Source of the DNA: Bacilli bacterium
GTDB lineage: Bacteria > Bacillota_I > Bacilli_A > RF39 > UBA660
Length of the DNA: 64,000 nt
NCBI GenBank assembly: GCA_045545595.1
Contig: JAZQBG010000003.1
Location: 155,462 to 219,461, forward strand
Direction of reading: 5' to 3'
Shown: positions 27,650 to 37,175 of the stretch, piece after piece
Numbering within the stretch: the first letter of the stretch is position 1
Layout of the letters: each line of letters starts with the position of its first letter
Notes under the pieces: generated by a model
Seen by the model: the letters and a program-made list of their open reading frames with translations, nothing else
Database searches by the model: none
What the model was told of the DNA's origin: nothing
Translations under genes and position numbers: made by a program

Positions 27650-30600
27650 CTAATATTGACTTGTGAATTTTTTAGTTCCTAAACTACGAGTCCAAGTATC
27701 ACCTATTCCATTTGTACATGATACAGATACCCAATATAAATATGGGAAATTATAATTAGTATAATTAGTATGATTTGCAATATATTCTCTTTGAATATCT
27801 GCTTGAGCTCTAGTTAATGTATAATCAGTTACTACCCAATAAAATCCAGGGGCAGATGGTGCTTCTTCTATTCTTCCAGTCCATCCTGCTGATTTGAATA
27901 CATTCAACAATCCTTCCGCATTTCCATAAGGACCATGCCCTGTCATAAGCATACAATAAGATTCAGTAATATTAGCATACAAATTAACTGTGTTTGTAGG
28001 CATTTTATCTACCCATCCATCCCAAGAATTAAATTTATGATAAATGTCTAAAGCATTTTGAGCGTTCAAATTTTCTGGTGTTGTGTTATAAGCAACTTGT
28101 CTAGTAGCCCACAATGAACCTTCTACATAATAATTAACTGTGTAATAATTTACATTCCAATTCGCTTTATAATTTCTATTTCCGATTGAACCTTTATTAA
28201 TAGACACATTTTTAGATACAGAACTTACATCAGTTCCAGTCCATCCTACGAAAGTATATCCTGTCTTAGTCGGTGTCGGTAATGTAAATGTATTTGTTTC
28301 AACATTATATTTTTGTACTAAAGATGAAACACTTCCACCATCCAAATCATAAGTAATTGTATAATCAATAACTTTCCAATTTGCTGTATAATTACGATCT
28401 CCAACATTACCTTTACTAACTGATACAGATTTTGTTAAATCGTTTAATCCAGTTCCAGTCCAACCTGAAAATGTATATCCTGTTCTTGTTGGTGTTGGTA
28501 ATGTAAATGTATTTGTTTCAATATTGTAAGATGTAATTAATGAACTAGCAGTTCCTCCATTTAAATTATAAGTAATTTTATATTCTTGTACTTTCCAATT
28601 TGCTGTATAGTTTCTCTCACCAATACTTCCTTTTTCTATTGTTATATTAGTTTGAGGCACACTTCCATTAGAACCAGTCCATCCAGTAAAAATATAACCT
28701 GTTTTAATTGGTGTTTCTAAAGTAAATGTTTCTGTTTCAACATTATATTTAGACGGTAAATTTGCTGTCCCACCATTTAAGTTATATTCCAATTTATAAT
28801 CAATTACTTTCCATTTAGCAACTAACTCATGATTAGAATTAATTTTTAACGAAGTGTCTTCATTAATTAAAATATCATTATAATACCATCCTTCAAATGT
28901 GTATCCTATTCTTGTTGGTGTTGGTAAAATTCCATATTCGCTATCAAAAGGTACATATACATTACTTATTAATACATTTCCGCTATTTGGATTTAATGTA
29001 ATATTATAACTGTTAGCTTGCCAATTAGCCTTATAAGCTCGATTTCCTGTGCTACCTTTTTGGATTGTAATATCTAAAGTCTTTCTTATACCATTACTTC
29101 CTGTCCATCCGATGAAAGTATAACCTTCTCTTGTAGGATGTTCCAATACAAAAGTTTCTGTATCTACATAATATTCAATTTCTTTAGTATCATTTTCCTT
29201 ACCTCTATTAAAATCAAATGTAATAGTATATTTATCTTTTGTAAAATTAGCAACATAATCAACATTATCTTTTATAGTTGTTATTTCAGGTGTCCATCCT
29301 GTAAAAGTATGCCCTTCCCATAATGAAGTTTTTGGTATTGTAGGTTTCTTTCCATATTCTACTATTTGTTCTGATAATAGAATATCAAACATATCATAAA
29401 ATTTAACAGTAAATTTCTTTGTTTCCCATTTTGCATATAAAATAACTTCATCATTTAATATATCGGTTAGATTCTTTATTTGTTCTCCGTCTTTAAATAG
29501 AACTTCACCATCTTTTGTTAAAGACCAACCAATAAAGTTTTTACCTTCATAAGTAAACATATTTTTAGTTAAAGTTCCTTCTTTATCATAAATATATTTA
29601 CTATCTTCCATAGTTCCAATTCCACCGTTTGAATCGTATTTAACATTGTATGAATTTGGACTATAATTAGCTACTAAATTAATATCTCCAATCGAACCTT
29701 TTTCAATAGTATATTCTTTTATTAGATCGCCTGAATTATTTATTTTCCATCCAATAAAAGTATATCCTTCTTTTTTAGGTGTTCCAATTGTAAATGTTTT
29801 AGATTCAACATTATAACTCTCAATTAAATCTTTTAATTTTCCACCATTTAATTCATAAGTTATTTTATAATCATTAATCTTCCAATTTGCATAAATATTA
29901 ACATCTGATGCTTTATCTAATATGTTATCTGCTGTTACTACATTTCCATCTTTATCCTTCCATTCAACAAAGGTATATCCCTTTTTTTCGGGAACAATTA
30001 ATTCTCCATAATTAGATAAAAATTCAACTTCTTTTGAATTATAATTATTTTCTGAATCAGTATTATATTTAATAAAATAATTATTAGGTTCATAATGTGC
30101 TGTCAATTTTATATCTCCAGTTGTTCCTTGTTCTATTTTATATTTTTTTACTAATTCTTCATCATTTGAATTTGACCATCCTGTAAATGTATATCCTTCT
30201 TTAGTAGGTTCATTTATTTCAAAAGATTCACTTTCAACATTATATGTTTTAAAGTCATTTTCTAACAACCCACCATTTAATTCAAATGATATATTATAAT
30301 TACTTATTTTGTAAGTTGCTTTATAAGTTGTATCTTCACAAACTTTTTTTAATTCATTATCCCATTTATCAAAAACATAACCTATCCTTATAGGTTCAGG
30401 AATATTTTCTATAACACTATCATAAGTTAATGTTTGCTCTAATAAAACAGTTTCATCATAATCAATAAATGAAATCTTATATTCATTTACTTTCCATTTT
30501 GCATATAAAGTAATCTCATTATTTGAAAGATTTGTTTCATCAAAAACACTTTTACTATCATAAAGTAAATCACCATCTTTTGTTAAAGACCATCCTTCAA

Positions 30601-31198
30601 AGGTATGACCATCTTTAGAAAATGTTTTTTCTGTTATTAAACATTGTTTCCCTTTAATACAAGTAATCGCATCTACTTTACCATATCCACCATTAGCATC
30701 ATATTTAACTAAATATTTTTCTGCTTTAGGTTTTTGAATATTGGGTTTTGATGGTTTAGTATTAACTTCTTGTTTTGGTTCTTCCTTTTTCTCTATTGGT
30801 GGATCAGGTATTTTTTCTACAATAACAGGTTCATTATCTACTACTGGTGTTTCTTCTTCCTTCGGATTAATAAAAAAGAACAATAATATTAACAAAAGAA
30901 GTAATAACAAGAAAAGAAGTAAAAAAGGAATACGAGTTTTCAAAATAATAAAATTATTATTATCAACTGAAATGTATCCCTTTTTCCATCCAAAATATTT
31001 TTCTTTATATCTATATTGTTCTTCATTATAATTTAAAATTCCAAACTTATCTGAATTAGTATCTTCATCATATTCTTTTAGAACTGTTGCTCCTACTAAA
31101 TTACTATTTTCAATTTTTTTAAATTCTTTTTTTGTAATATAAGGAACATCTTTTTTATATTTAGAATTCTCATGTTCAATTACTAAATATTCTTTCAT
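27650..31198 (-). CDS. giant type-II membrane surface protein with ~13 Listeria-Bacteroides (Flg_new/InlB-B-type) repeats and unrecognised Cys/His-containing C-terminal domain
   Basis: Cytoplasmic N-terminus, poly-Leu TM (LLLFLLLLLLLILLFFF), Pro-rich linker. Then recurring EGYTFTGWS / TGYTFVGWT / IGYTFEGWY repeat units. C-terminal SYCMLMTGHGPYGNAEGL region. Confidence 0.8.
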   Translation of the reverse strand: MKEYLVIEHENSKYKKDVPYITKKEFKKIENSNLVGATVLKEYDEDTNSDKFGILNYNEEQYRYKEKYFGWKKGYISVDNNNFIILKTRIPFLLLFLLLLLLLILLFFFINPKEEETPVVDNEPVIVEKIPDPPIEKKEEPKQEVNTKPSKPNIQKPKAEKYLVKYDANGGYGKVDAITCIKGKQCLITEKTFSKDGHTFEGWSLTKDGDLLYDSKSVFDETNLSNNEITLYAKWKVNEYKISFIDYDETVLLEQTLTYDSVIENIPEPIRIGYVFDKWDNELKKVCEDTTYKATYKISNYNISFELNGGLLENDFKTYNVESESFEINEPTKEGYTFTGWSNSNDEELVKKYKIEQGTTGDIKLTAHYEPNNYFIKYNTDSENNYNSKEVEFLSNYGELIVPEKKGYTFVEWKDKDGNVVTADNILDKASDVNIYANWKINDYKITYELNGGKLKDLIESYNVESKTFTIGTPKKEGYTFIGWKINNSGDLIKEYTIEKGSIGDINLVANYSPNSYNVKYDSNGGIGTMEDSKYIYDKEGTLTKNMFTYEGKNFIGWSLTKDGEVLFKDGEQIKNLTDILNDEVILYAKWETKKFTVKFYDMFDILLSEQIVEYGKKPTIPKTSLWEGHTFTGWTPEITTIKDNVDYVANFTKDKYTITFDFNRGKENDTKEIEYYVDTETFVLEHPTREGYTFIGWTGSNGIRKTLDITIQKGSTGNRAYKANWQANSYNITLNPNSGNVLISNVYVPFDSEYGILPTPTRIGYTFEGWYYNDILINEDTSLKINSNHELVAKWKVIDYKLEYNLNGGTANLPSKYNVETETFTLETPIKTGYIFTGWTGSNGSVPQTNITIEKGSIGERNYTANWKVQEYKITYNLNGGTASSLITSYNIETNTFTLPTPTRTGYTFSGWTGTGLNDLTKSVSVSKGNVGDRNYTANWKVIDYTITYDLDGGSVSSLVQKYNVETNTFTLPTPTKTGYTFVGWTGTDVSSVSKNVSINKGSIGNRNYKANWNVNYYTVNYYVEGSLWATRQVAYNTTPENLNAQNALDIYHKFNSWDGWVDKMPTNTVNLYANITESYCMLMTGHGPYGNAEGLLNVFKSAGWTGRIEEAPSAPGFYWVVTDYTLTRAQADIQREYIANHTNYTNYNFPYLYWVSVSCTNGIGDTWTRSLGTKKFTSQY

Positions 31199-31207
31199 TT
31201 GTTCCCC

Positions 31208-34200
31208 CTATCTTTTATTCTTTTTCTTTTTGCATAGCAATACAGTTCCAACTAATAATCCAGCAATAGATAAAGTGCCAACAATAATATATAAATTAGC
31301 ATCTACATCATAAGCAGTTTGAATAACTGGTAATAGATAGTTTTGATATACAATACTGTAAGTAAGTTCTTCATCAGTTTCTACCAATTCATCATTAACA
31401 TATAAACCTTCATCATTTAAAACTATTTTTACAACCTCTTCTGAAAGTGAGTAACCTAATGGTGCAGATGCCTCTTTTGCAAACCAAGTACCGTATTTTA
31501 CATCAATTAAAGCTGTTCCTGTTTCTTGATCTGCGTAGAAAGTATCAACAACATTTTCACATTCAGCATCAGTACATAAATTAAATGAGAAATCTTTACT
31601 AATAATGTTTTCCATTGATAAACTATCTACTTTATTAATTAAAATATAATTTTTAATTGCTTCATTATAAACTGTATTAGATGTTTCAACTTTTTCTTTA
31701 TCTTGTCCTTGATATTTTGTGTTTACAGTAACGATGTCTTCACTACTATAATATCCTTCCAAACTTTCAATCTCTTTAACTTCAAAATAAGTTTCATCAT
31801 CAAATGATAAAGGTAAATCAGCATTGAATATTACTTTACCATCTTTATCACTTATAGCCGTTTCAATTAAAGTACCAGCCTCGATTAATATATTTCTATT
31901 AACAGATCTAGGCATTGGTTCTCTATACTGTCTTAATATATCTTTTGTGGCATATAAACCAAAAACAACACCTTCTAATGGTGTTTCATCATCTTTATCT
32001 AATTTAGTAATATCTAATTCAACCTTTTGTCTTTCATTTGTAATTGATAATGTTTCAATAACAACTTCTGTTTCATTATCTTTAAATGTTAAATCAATAT
32101 CGTATTTATTTTTATCTAAAATCATTCCTTCAGGAGCTGAGGTTTCGTACACTGTGTAAGAGCCTAGTGGCAATTCAGAAGAGAAATTTTCACAACTATA
32201 ATCTAGAGTTGTAATTGTATCAACAACAGTTCCTTTTGCAAACAAAACTGAACCATCAGCAGGATCAATTATATCTTCTCTAGCTTCTATTTCAACTGTC
32301 ATACCTCCAAGACATACTTTGTTATAATCAAAAGTATAACTTCCATCTTCATTTTGAGTTACACCAGTTAATACTTCACCTTGTTTCTCAACATTGATAA
32401 TTCCTTTTACTGGTTCATCATACATTACAACAGTAGTAATAGCATCTCCGTCAGGATCAGTTTCTATGATGTTAGAATTAGTTACTTTAAATTCTACACC
32501 TTCATTATTCATTAAATATAAATTTGGCGATTTGATTTCAATTAACTTATATGAACCTGCTTTTACTTCTAAAGGAAGAACAAATTCTCCAGATTCATTA
32601 GTAGTCCATTCTTCTATTGTTTTATCACCAACTTTTTGTTTTAATGTTTCATTAGTGCTTAAATCTAAAATTTTAAATGTTGTATTTGACAATGTTATTG
32701 TCTTATCAGTTTCAGCATCTTTCTTCACTAATCTAACATAAGACATAAATATTTTATTATTAACAATATATTTTATTGTATCTTGATTTTCTCTTGAAAC
32801 AGTAAATGTCCATTCATCCTTTACCATTTCTAAATCCATTTGTCCTTTGACTTGTTTAATAACAAAATTTCCATAAGCAAGGTCTTTAGATTTAGCATAA
32901 CCATTTTTATTAGTAGTTAAATAATCATACTCTTTATTAGTAAATTCAGCTTTGTGATCCCATGCTTTTTCGATAGTACCATATTTATCTACATATTTTT
33001 TCGCTACTACCATAAATTCAGCACCTTGCTCTTTTTCAACTACACCACTATCTTCATCACCACTTGTAATTACTTTTTCAATTTCAAAATTACCTGTAAT
33101 TACTTTTTCTGATACAGTTGTTTTTGCTGTTACCGTTTTTACTGATTGTCCTTCATACTCTAAACTTATTGGATAAGTATTAGTATCTAGTTTGTATCCT
33201 TCTCCTGCTGTAATTTCTTTCCATATATAAGAGCCTAGATACAAGTCTTCAACTAATCCTTCTCCGTTTTCAATTCTAACTCTTGCAACTTCTTCTCCTG
33301 CTTTATAAATAATTGAAGCATCTGCTGGATCTAAAATTGTTTCGTTAGCGTATAATCCATAAATAGCTCCATCCAAACTTGCCTCATTTTGAGCAACAGT
33401 TGAATCATAATCTATCTTTTGAATTTTAGCACTACCAGTTACTCTTTCATTTTTTAAATTTAAAGTAATACTTCCACTACCAGTTAAAGAATCACTAACA
33501 GTCTTATTATTGTCATCTAACCAATATTTTGTTTTTGTTTGAGTTTCTACTACACTATATCTATGAGTTTGTGATGCTAGTGCATTTGCATTTCGTTGTG
33601 CTTCTGCATCAGCTGAAGCCTGTGCATCTAATTTATATTTATATGCACCTTTATCTATTACTTCTTGTTTTCCTTCATCATCAAGTTCATCATAATTTGT
33701 ACAATATTCTTTTTCTTCTGATGTTGAAGTAAATGTTGTTGTTGATGTTGCTTTTGCATATCCGTCTTCTCCTGTTGTTCCAGTTGCAAATTTTACACCA
33801 TCTCTATAAAAATCTACCGTTACTCCTGACAATGGTTTACCAGTTTCATTATCAATTTTATGAAAAGCAACTTCTACTTTTTCATCAGCAGATTTTTCTG
33901 ATGATAATTTATCATATTCAGGTTCAACTTGTGTAAGTCTAAAAACAGAAATGAAGTCATTACCATTTACCCATGGTGGAGCTGCCAAAAGCATAATACC
34001 ACCATTACTATTTGTATTACTCATAGCAGTAGCATTTGTATTAAAGTTTACACCTGTTGCATATACAGAATCATAAATTCCTCTTGAGCCTGCACCATAA
34101 CTTGCAATCGTATCTCCGTAAATGTGCATAAATGATACATGACCATTACCATCTGGTTCTGCTTTATCTTGAATTCTTTCTATAATAAGATCTCCATTTT

Positions 34201-34609
34201 TAAATAGATGTGCATTTGCTTCTATATCCTTCTTATATCCTTGCCAAACTAAAACAGCATCTTCAGGATGGTTCATAGCATTTCGATACATTGCATCTGG
34301 AGCATATCTTGCACCAGTTCCTTCTGGTTGTACTTTATCAATATCATAAGGATGAATTCCAACGATAGATTCACCTATTCCTAACTTATTTAATGTTCTG
34401 GTAACAAATCCAGTACAAGTACCAATTTCCCAATAACCCCAATCTGAATAAGTTTGAGCTGTTTCAATAATTTTATCACCATCAACCGTTGCTAACGCAT
34501 GAGCTTCAGGTAATTTAAAAGGTATTCCTGTAAACGACGATAAAAATACTCCTATAACCATAAAAATACTACAAGTCTTTTGAAAAATCCTTTTTAAATT
34601 TTTCTTCAC
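31208..34609 (-). CDS. giant surface adhesin: signal peptide, papain-fold (NlpC/P60- or CHAP-like) Cys/His domain, multiple CnaB/SpaA-like Ig-fold domains, C-terminal hydrophobic anchor + polybasic tail
   Basis: GTCTGFVTRTL (Cys) ... GNGHVSFMHIYGD (His) near the N-terminus. Repeated ...EGVVFGLYA / ...EKV... CnaB-like segments. C-terminus LPVIQTAYDVDANLYIIVGTLSIAGLLVGTVLLCKKKKNKR. GTG start with AAAGGAGA RBS. Confidence 0.75.
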   Translation of the reverse strand: MKKNLKRIFQKTCSIFMVIGVFLSSFTGIPFKLPEAHALATVDGDKIIETAQTYSDWGYWEIGTCTGFVTRTLNKLGIGESIVGIHPYDIDKVQPEGTGARYAPDAMYRNAMNHPEDAVLVWQGYKKDIEANAHLFKNGDLIIERIQDKAEPDGNGHVSFMHIYGDTIASYGAGSRGIYDSVYATGVNFNTNATAMSNTNSNGGIMLLAAPPWVNGNDFISVFRLTQVEPEYDKLSSEKSADEKVEVAFHKIDNETGKPLSGVTVDFYRDGVKFATGTTGEDGYAKATSTTTFTSTSEEKEYCTNYDELDDEGKQEVIDKGAYKYKLDAQASADAEAQRNANALASQTHRYSVVETQTKTKYWLDDNNKTVSDSLTGSGSITLNLKNERVTGSAKIQKIDYDSTVAQNEASLDGAIYGLYANETILDPADASIIYKAGEEVARVRIENGEGLVEDLYLGSYIWKEITAGEGYKLDTNTYPISLEYEGQSVKTVTAKTTVSEKVITGNFEIEKVITSGDEDSGVVEKEQGAEFMVVAKKYVDKYGTIEKAWDHKAEFTNKEYDYLTTNKNGYAKSKDLAYGNFVIKQVKGQMDLEMVKDEWTFTVSRENQDTIKYIVNNKIFMSYVRLVKKDAETDKTITLSNTTFKILDLSTNETLKQKVGDKTIEEWTTNESGEFVLPLEVKAGSYKLIEIKSPNLYLMNNEGVEFKVTNSNIIETDPDGDAITTVVMYDEPVKGIINVEKQGEVLTGVTQNEDGSYTFDYNKVCLGGMTVEIEAREDIIDPADGSVLFAKGTVVDTITTLDYSCENFSSELPLGSYTVYETSAPEGMILDKNKYDIDLTFKDNETEVVIETLSITNERQKVELDITKLDKDDETPLEGVVFGLYATKDILRQYREPMPRSVNRNILIEAGTLIETAISDKDGKVIFNADLPLSFDDETYFEVKEIESLEGYYSSEDIVTVNTKYQGQDKEKVETSNTVYNEAIKNYILINKVDSLSMENIISKDFSFNLCTDAECENVVDTFYADQETGTALIDVKYGTWFAKEASAPLGYSLSEEVVKIVLNDEGLYVNDELVETDEELTYSIVYQNYLLPVIQTAYDVDANLYIIVGTLSIAGLLVGTVLLCKKKKNKR

Positions 34610-34730
34610 TCTTAATCTCCTTTCAACTATATACGACTCATAAAACTAAAAATACTTTTAAGACTATTTTTATATTTTATTCTATCGTTCCTCCTTCCTT
34701 TTTAAATCATTAAATATAGATAAATTTTTA

Positions 34731-34763
34731 GACAGAAAAAAAGAGAAATAAAGTCATTTCTCT
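34731..34763 (-). terminator. intrinsic terminator of the umuC-yolD transcription unit
   Basis: AGAGAAAT-gacuuu-AUUUCUCU 8-bp stem followed by UUUUUUCUG on the minus strand. Confidence 0.55.
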
Positions 34764-34948
34764 TGCCTTTTCATTATAATTTATCTATATTACCATAATA
34801 GCACATTTTAAGCGGAAGGTAAACGGAAATTCAAAAAATTTTAACATCAATTTTCCCCTTGTTTTATAAGGGTTTGCGAGTTTTTGAAAAAAATATTTTT
34901 TTTTGATTTTTTAAAAAATCGAAAAATTTATAAATTATAATATTATTT

Positions 34949-35377
34949 CTACTCATCTTCTATTGAATTAAAAATTTCTCCAGTAATATTTATTATTTCT
35001 AAAATAGGAATTTTAGTTTTATCAATTAACATAACATATTGTTCTACCATATCAACCTTTTTAACAACACCCATTTTTTCAACATATTTCCCACCCGTTT
35101 TTTTTTCATCGTAAACAAAATATGTAAAAATTATCTCAGGTTTTAATTTTAAATTTTCTAATATATATTGTAATTTATTATTTAAAATAATTTTTAATCC
35201 ATCATCTATTTCAATTCTTTTATCTGTAAGTCTTGCCGTTTCTTTTATTGCTTCATCGTATCCTGTTAAAGCCGAGAAAGGTGCAAATTGTGCAGAACGA
35301 GCCTCAATACTCATTTGGGGATGTTTTTTAGATACATAGTGAGGAAGATTTATTATATCATCATAATTCTTATCCAT
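34949..35377 (-). CDS. YolD-like protein (partner of UmuC/UvrX-like polymerases)
   Basis: ~140 aa gene translationally coupled (ATGA overlap) downstream of the Y-family polymerase gene, as in the Bacillus SPbeta uvrX-yolD pair. Confidence 0.55.
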   Translation of the reverse strand: MDKNYDDIINLPHYVSKKHPQMSIEARSAQFAPFSALTGYDEAIKETARLTDKRIEIDDGLKIILNNKLQYILENLKLKPEIIFTYFVYDEKKTGGKYVEKMGVVKKVDMVEQYVMLIDKTKIPILEIINITGEIFNSIEDE

Positions 35378-36894
35378 TATCCTTTATGACCTCCTATTTG
35401 TCCATTTCTATCAATTGTAGTTCCACCTTCTTCTAAATTCATACCCTTTAATATAGCATTTTTTCCATACTTATTTTTTATTGAGAGCAATACATTTTGT
35501 AGTTTATTTTCTTCTTGTTCTTCCTTCTTCTGCAGTTTGTTCTTTTCATCTAATTCCTGATAATTTGTAAATAGATCAAATTGTTGATACTGTGGTTTAT
35601 CCTTAACTTTTTCCTTATCAATAACATTATTTGCAACAATATTAATTCTTCTAATTAATAAATCTTTATTAACTATTCTCTCATATAATTCTACCATCTT
35701 CTCAATAATAACCTTTGACGAAGAAGTATGATGGTCTATATTAATTGTTCCATGAGAATGTTTAGGAATATCTCTCCCATAGTGGTCGGTAGTTATTTCA
35801 CCATTATATTTACTTCTAATAGACGGATTTGTTAAATTCTCAATATCATATCCTACTGTCATAACTAATTGGTCTGTTACTAATTTTTTTGATACTAAAT
35901 CTAATGATAATAAATCAGCCATTTCCTTAACTATTAACTTTGCTTTTTTATAATTATATGGACAATGCAATACTTGTCCTGAACCTAAACTTTTCCTATC
36001 TGGTTTATATGCTTTTATATCTTTTATAGTACATGGTTCCCAACCCCATGCATGATCTATCAATAATTCTGCATTAATACCAAATAACTTATATAATAAA
36101 TCTTCATTTTCAATTGAACATCTTGCAATATCACCCATTGTATATAATCCATTTGATTCTAATTTTTTTGCATATCCATTCCCAACTCTCCAGAAAGATG
36201 TTAAAGGTTTATGATTCCACAATGTTTTTCTATAACTTAATTCATCAAGTTCTGCCATTCTTACACCAAATTTATCTGGTTCAGTATGTTTAGCAACAAT
36301 ATCCATCGCTACTTTTGCTAAATACATATTTGTTCCTATTCCTCCAGTAGCGGTAATTCCTGTTGTTTCATATACATCATGAATCATTTTAGTTACTAAT
36401 TCTCTTGGTGTCATATTATTGTAATTAAGATAGTTTGTAATATCACAAAACACTTCATCTATTGAATATACATATATATCTTCTGGTGCTATATATTTTA
36501 AATAAACATTATAAATTTTAGTGCTATAATCCATATAATACGCCATTCTTGGTGGAGCTACAATATAATCTAATTCTAAATTTTTATCTCTTTTTAATTC
36601 TGAATCGTTTACGGATTTATTTGTAAATGATTTATAGTAATTTGCTTTTTTTCTTTGATAATTAACTTCCTTAACCTTTTGTACAACTTCATATAATCTT
36701 GCTCTTCCGCCTAAACCATATTGCTTCATTGATGGAGTAATTGCTAAACAAACTGTTTTTTCTGTTCTACTTTCATCCGCAACAACCAAATTAGTAGTTA
36801 AAGGATCTAAACCTCTTTCTTTACACTCAACAGAGGCATAAAAACTTTTTAAATCAATACAGGCATATATTCTATTCATTTTATACCTCCTCAT
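35377..36894 (-). CDS. Y-family DNA polymerase (UmuC/UvrX/DinB-like, error-prone translesion polymerase)
   Basis: N-terminal RIYACIDLKSFYASVECKERGLDP (IMS/UmuC signature). ~500 aa. Confidence 0.9.
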   Translation of the reverse strand: MRRYKMNRIYACIDLKSFYASVECKERGLDPLTTNLVVADESRTEKTVCLAITPSMKQYGLGGRARLYEVVQKVKEVNYQRKKANYYKSFTNKSVNDSELKRDKNLELDYIVAPPRMAYYMDYSTKIYNVYLKYIAPEDIYVYSIDEVFCDITNYLNYNNMTPRELVTKMIHDVYETTGITATGGIGTNMYLAKVAMDIVAKHTEPDKFGVRMAELDELSYRKTLWNHKPLTSFWRVGNGYAKKLESNGLYTMGDIARCSIENEDLLYKLFGINAELLIDHAWGWEPCTIKDIKAYKPDRKSLGSGQVLHCPYNYKKAKLIVKEMADLLSLDLVSKKLVTDQLVMTVGYDIENLTNPSIRSKYNGEITTDHYGRDIPKHSHGTINIDHHTSSSKVIIEKMVELYERIVNKDLLIRRINIVANNVIDKEKVKDKPQYQQFDLFTNYQELDEKNKLQKKEEQEENKLQNVLLSIKNKYGKNAILKGMNLEEGGTTIDRNGQIGGHKG

Positions 36895-36910
36895 ATATTT
36901 TATTATACCA

Positions 36911-36938
36911 CGAAAAAAGCAGTTCTATTTCAGAACTA
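36911..36938 (-). terminator. intrinsic terminator after the small PNGNM-repeat gene (end of ABC operon)
   Basis: AGUUCU-gaaau-AGAACU stem plus GCUUUUUUCG on the minus strand. Confidence 0.5.
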
Positions 36939-36957
36939 CCCTATAAATTGTAATTTG

Positions 36958-37167
36958 TTATTGTGGAGGTATTTGCATATTACCATTCGGTTTTTCTGGT
37001 GGTTCTCCCATATTACCATTCGGTCTTTGCATTTGACCATTTTCATTTGGAGGAATATTACCTATATCATTATTTGGTTTATTAAAAATCAGAAAAACTA
37101 AAGCCATAATAATTGCACCTGTTAGAACACCAATTATAAAGGTTAAAATCTTATTTTTCACTTGCAT
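36958..37167 (-). CDS. small N-terminally anchored membrane protein with PNGNM-type Pro/Asn/Gly/Met repeats
   Basis: TM helix then PNENGQMQRPNGNMGEPPEKPNGNMQIPPQ. Underlying ~35-bp nucleotide repeat (CATATTACCATTCGGT twice). Followed by terminator. Confidence 0.5.
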   Translation of the reverse strand: MQVKNKILTFIIGVLTGAIIMALVFLIFNKPNNDIGNIPPNENGQMQRPNGNMGEPPEKPNGNMQIPPQ

Positions 37168-37175
37168 CTCTCCAA

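Noticed and set aside
31208-31330. Canonical LPxTG sortase motif in the 1133-aa adhesin
   Set aside because: Only LPVIQT precedes the hydrophobic anchor and polybasic tail. The architecture is sortase-signal-like but the pentapeptide is not canonical, so covalent anchoring is left open.
34600-37000. Exact right-hand boundary (attR/direct repeat) of the conjugative element
   Set aside because: A boundary probably lies between 34.6 and 37 kb. Without the other end of the element or an empty-site comparison, no direct repeat can be assigned. It is reported only as a candidate junction region.
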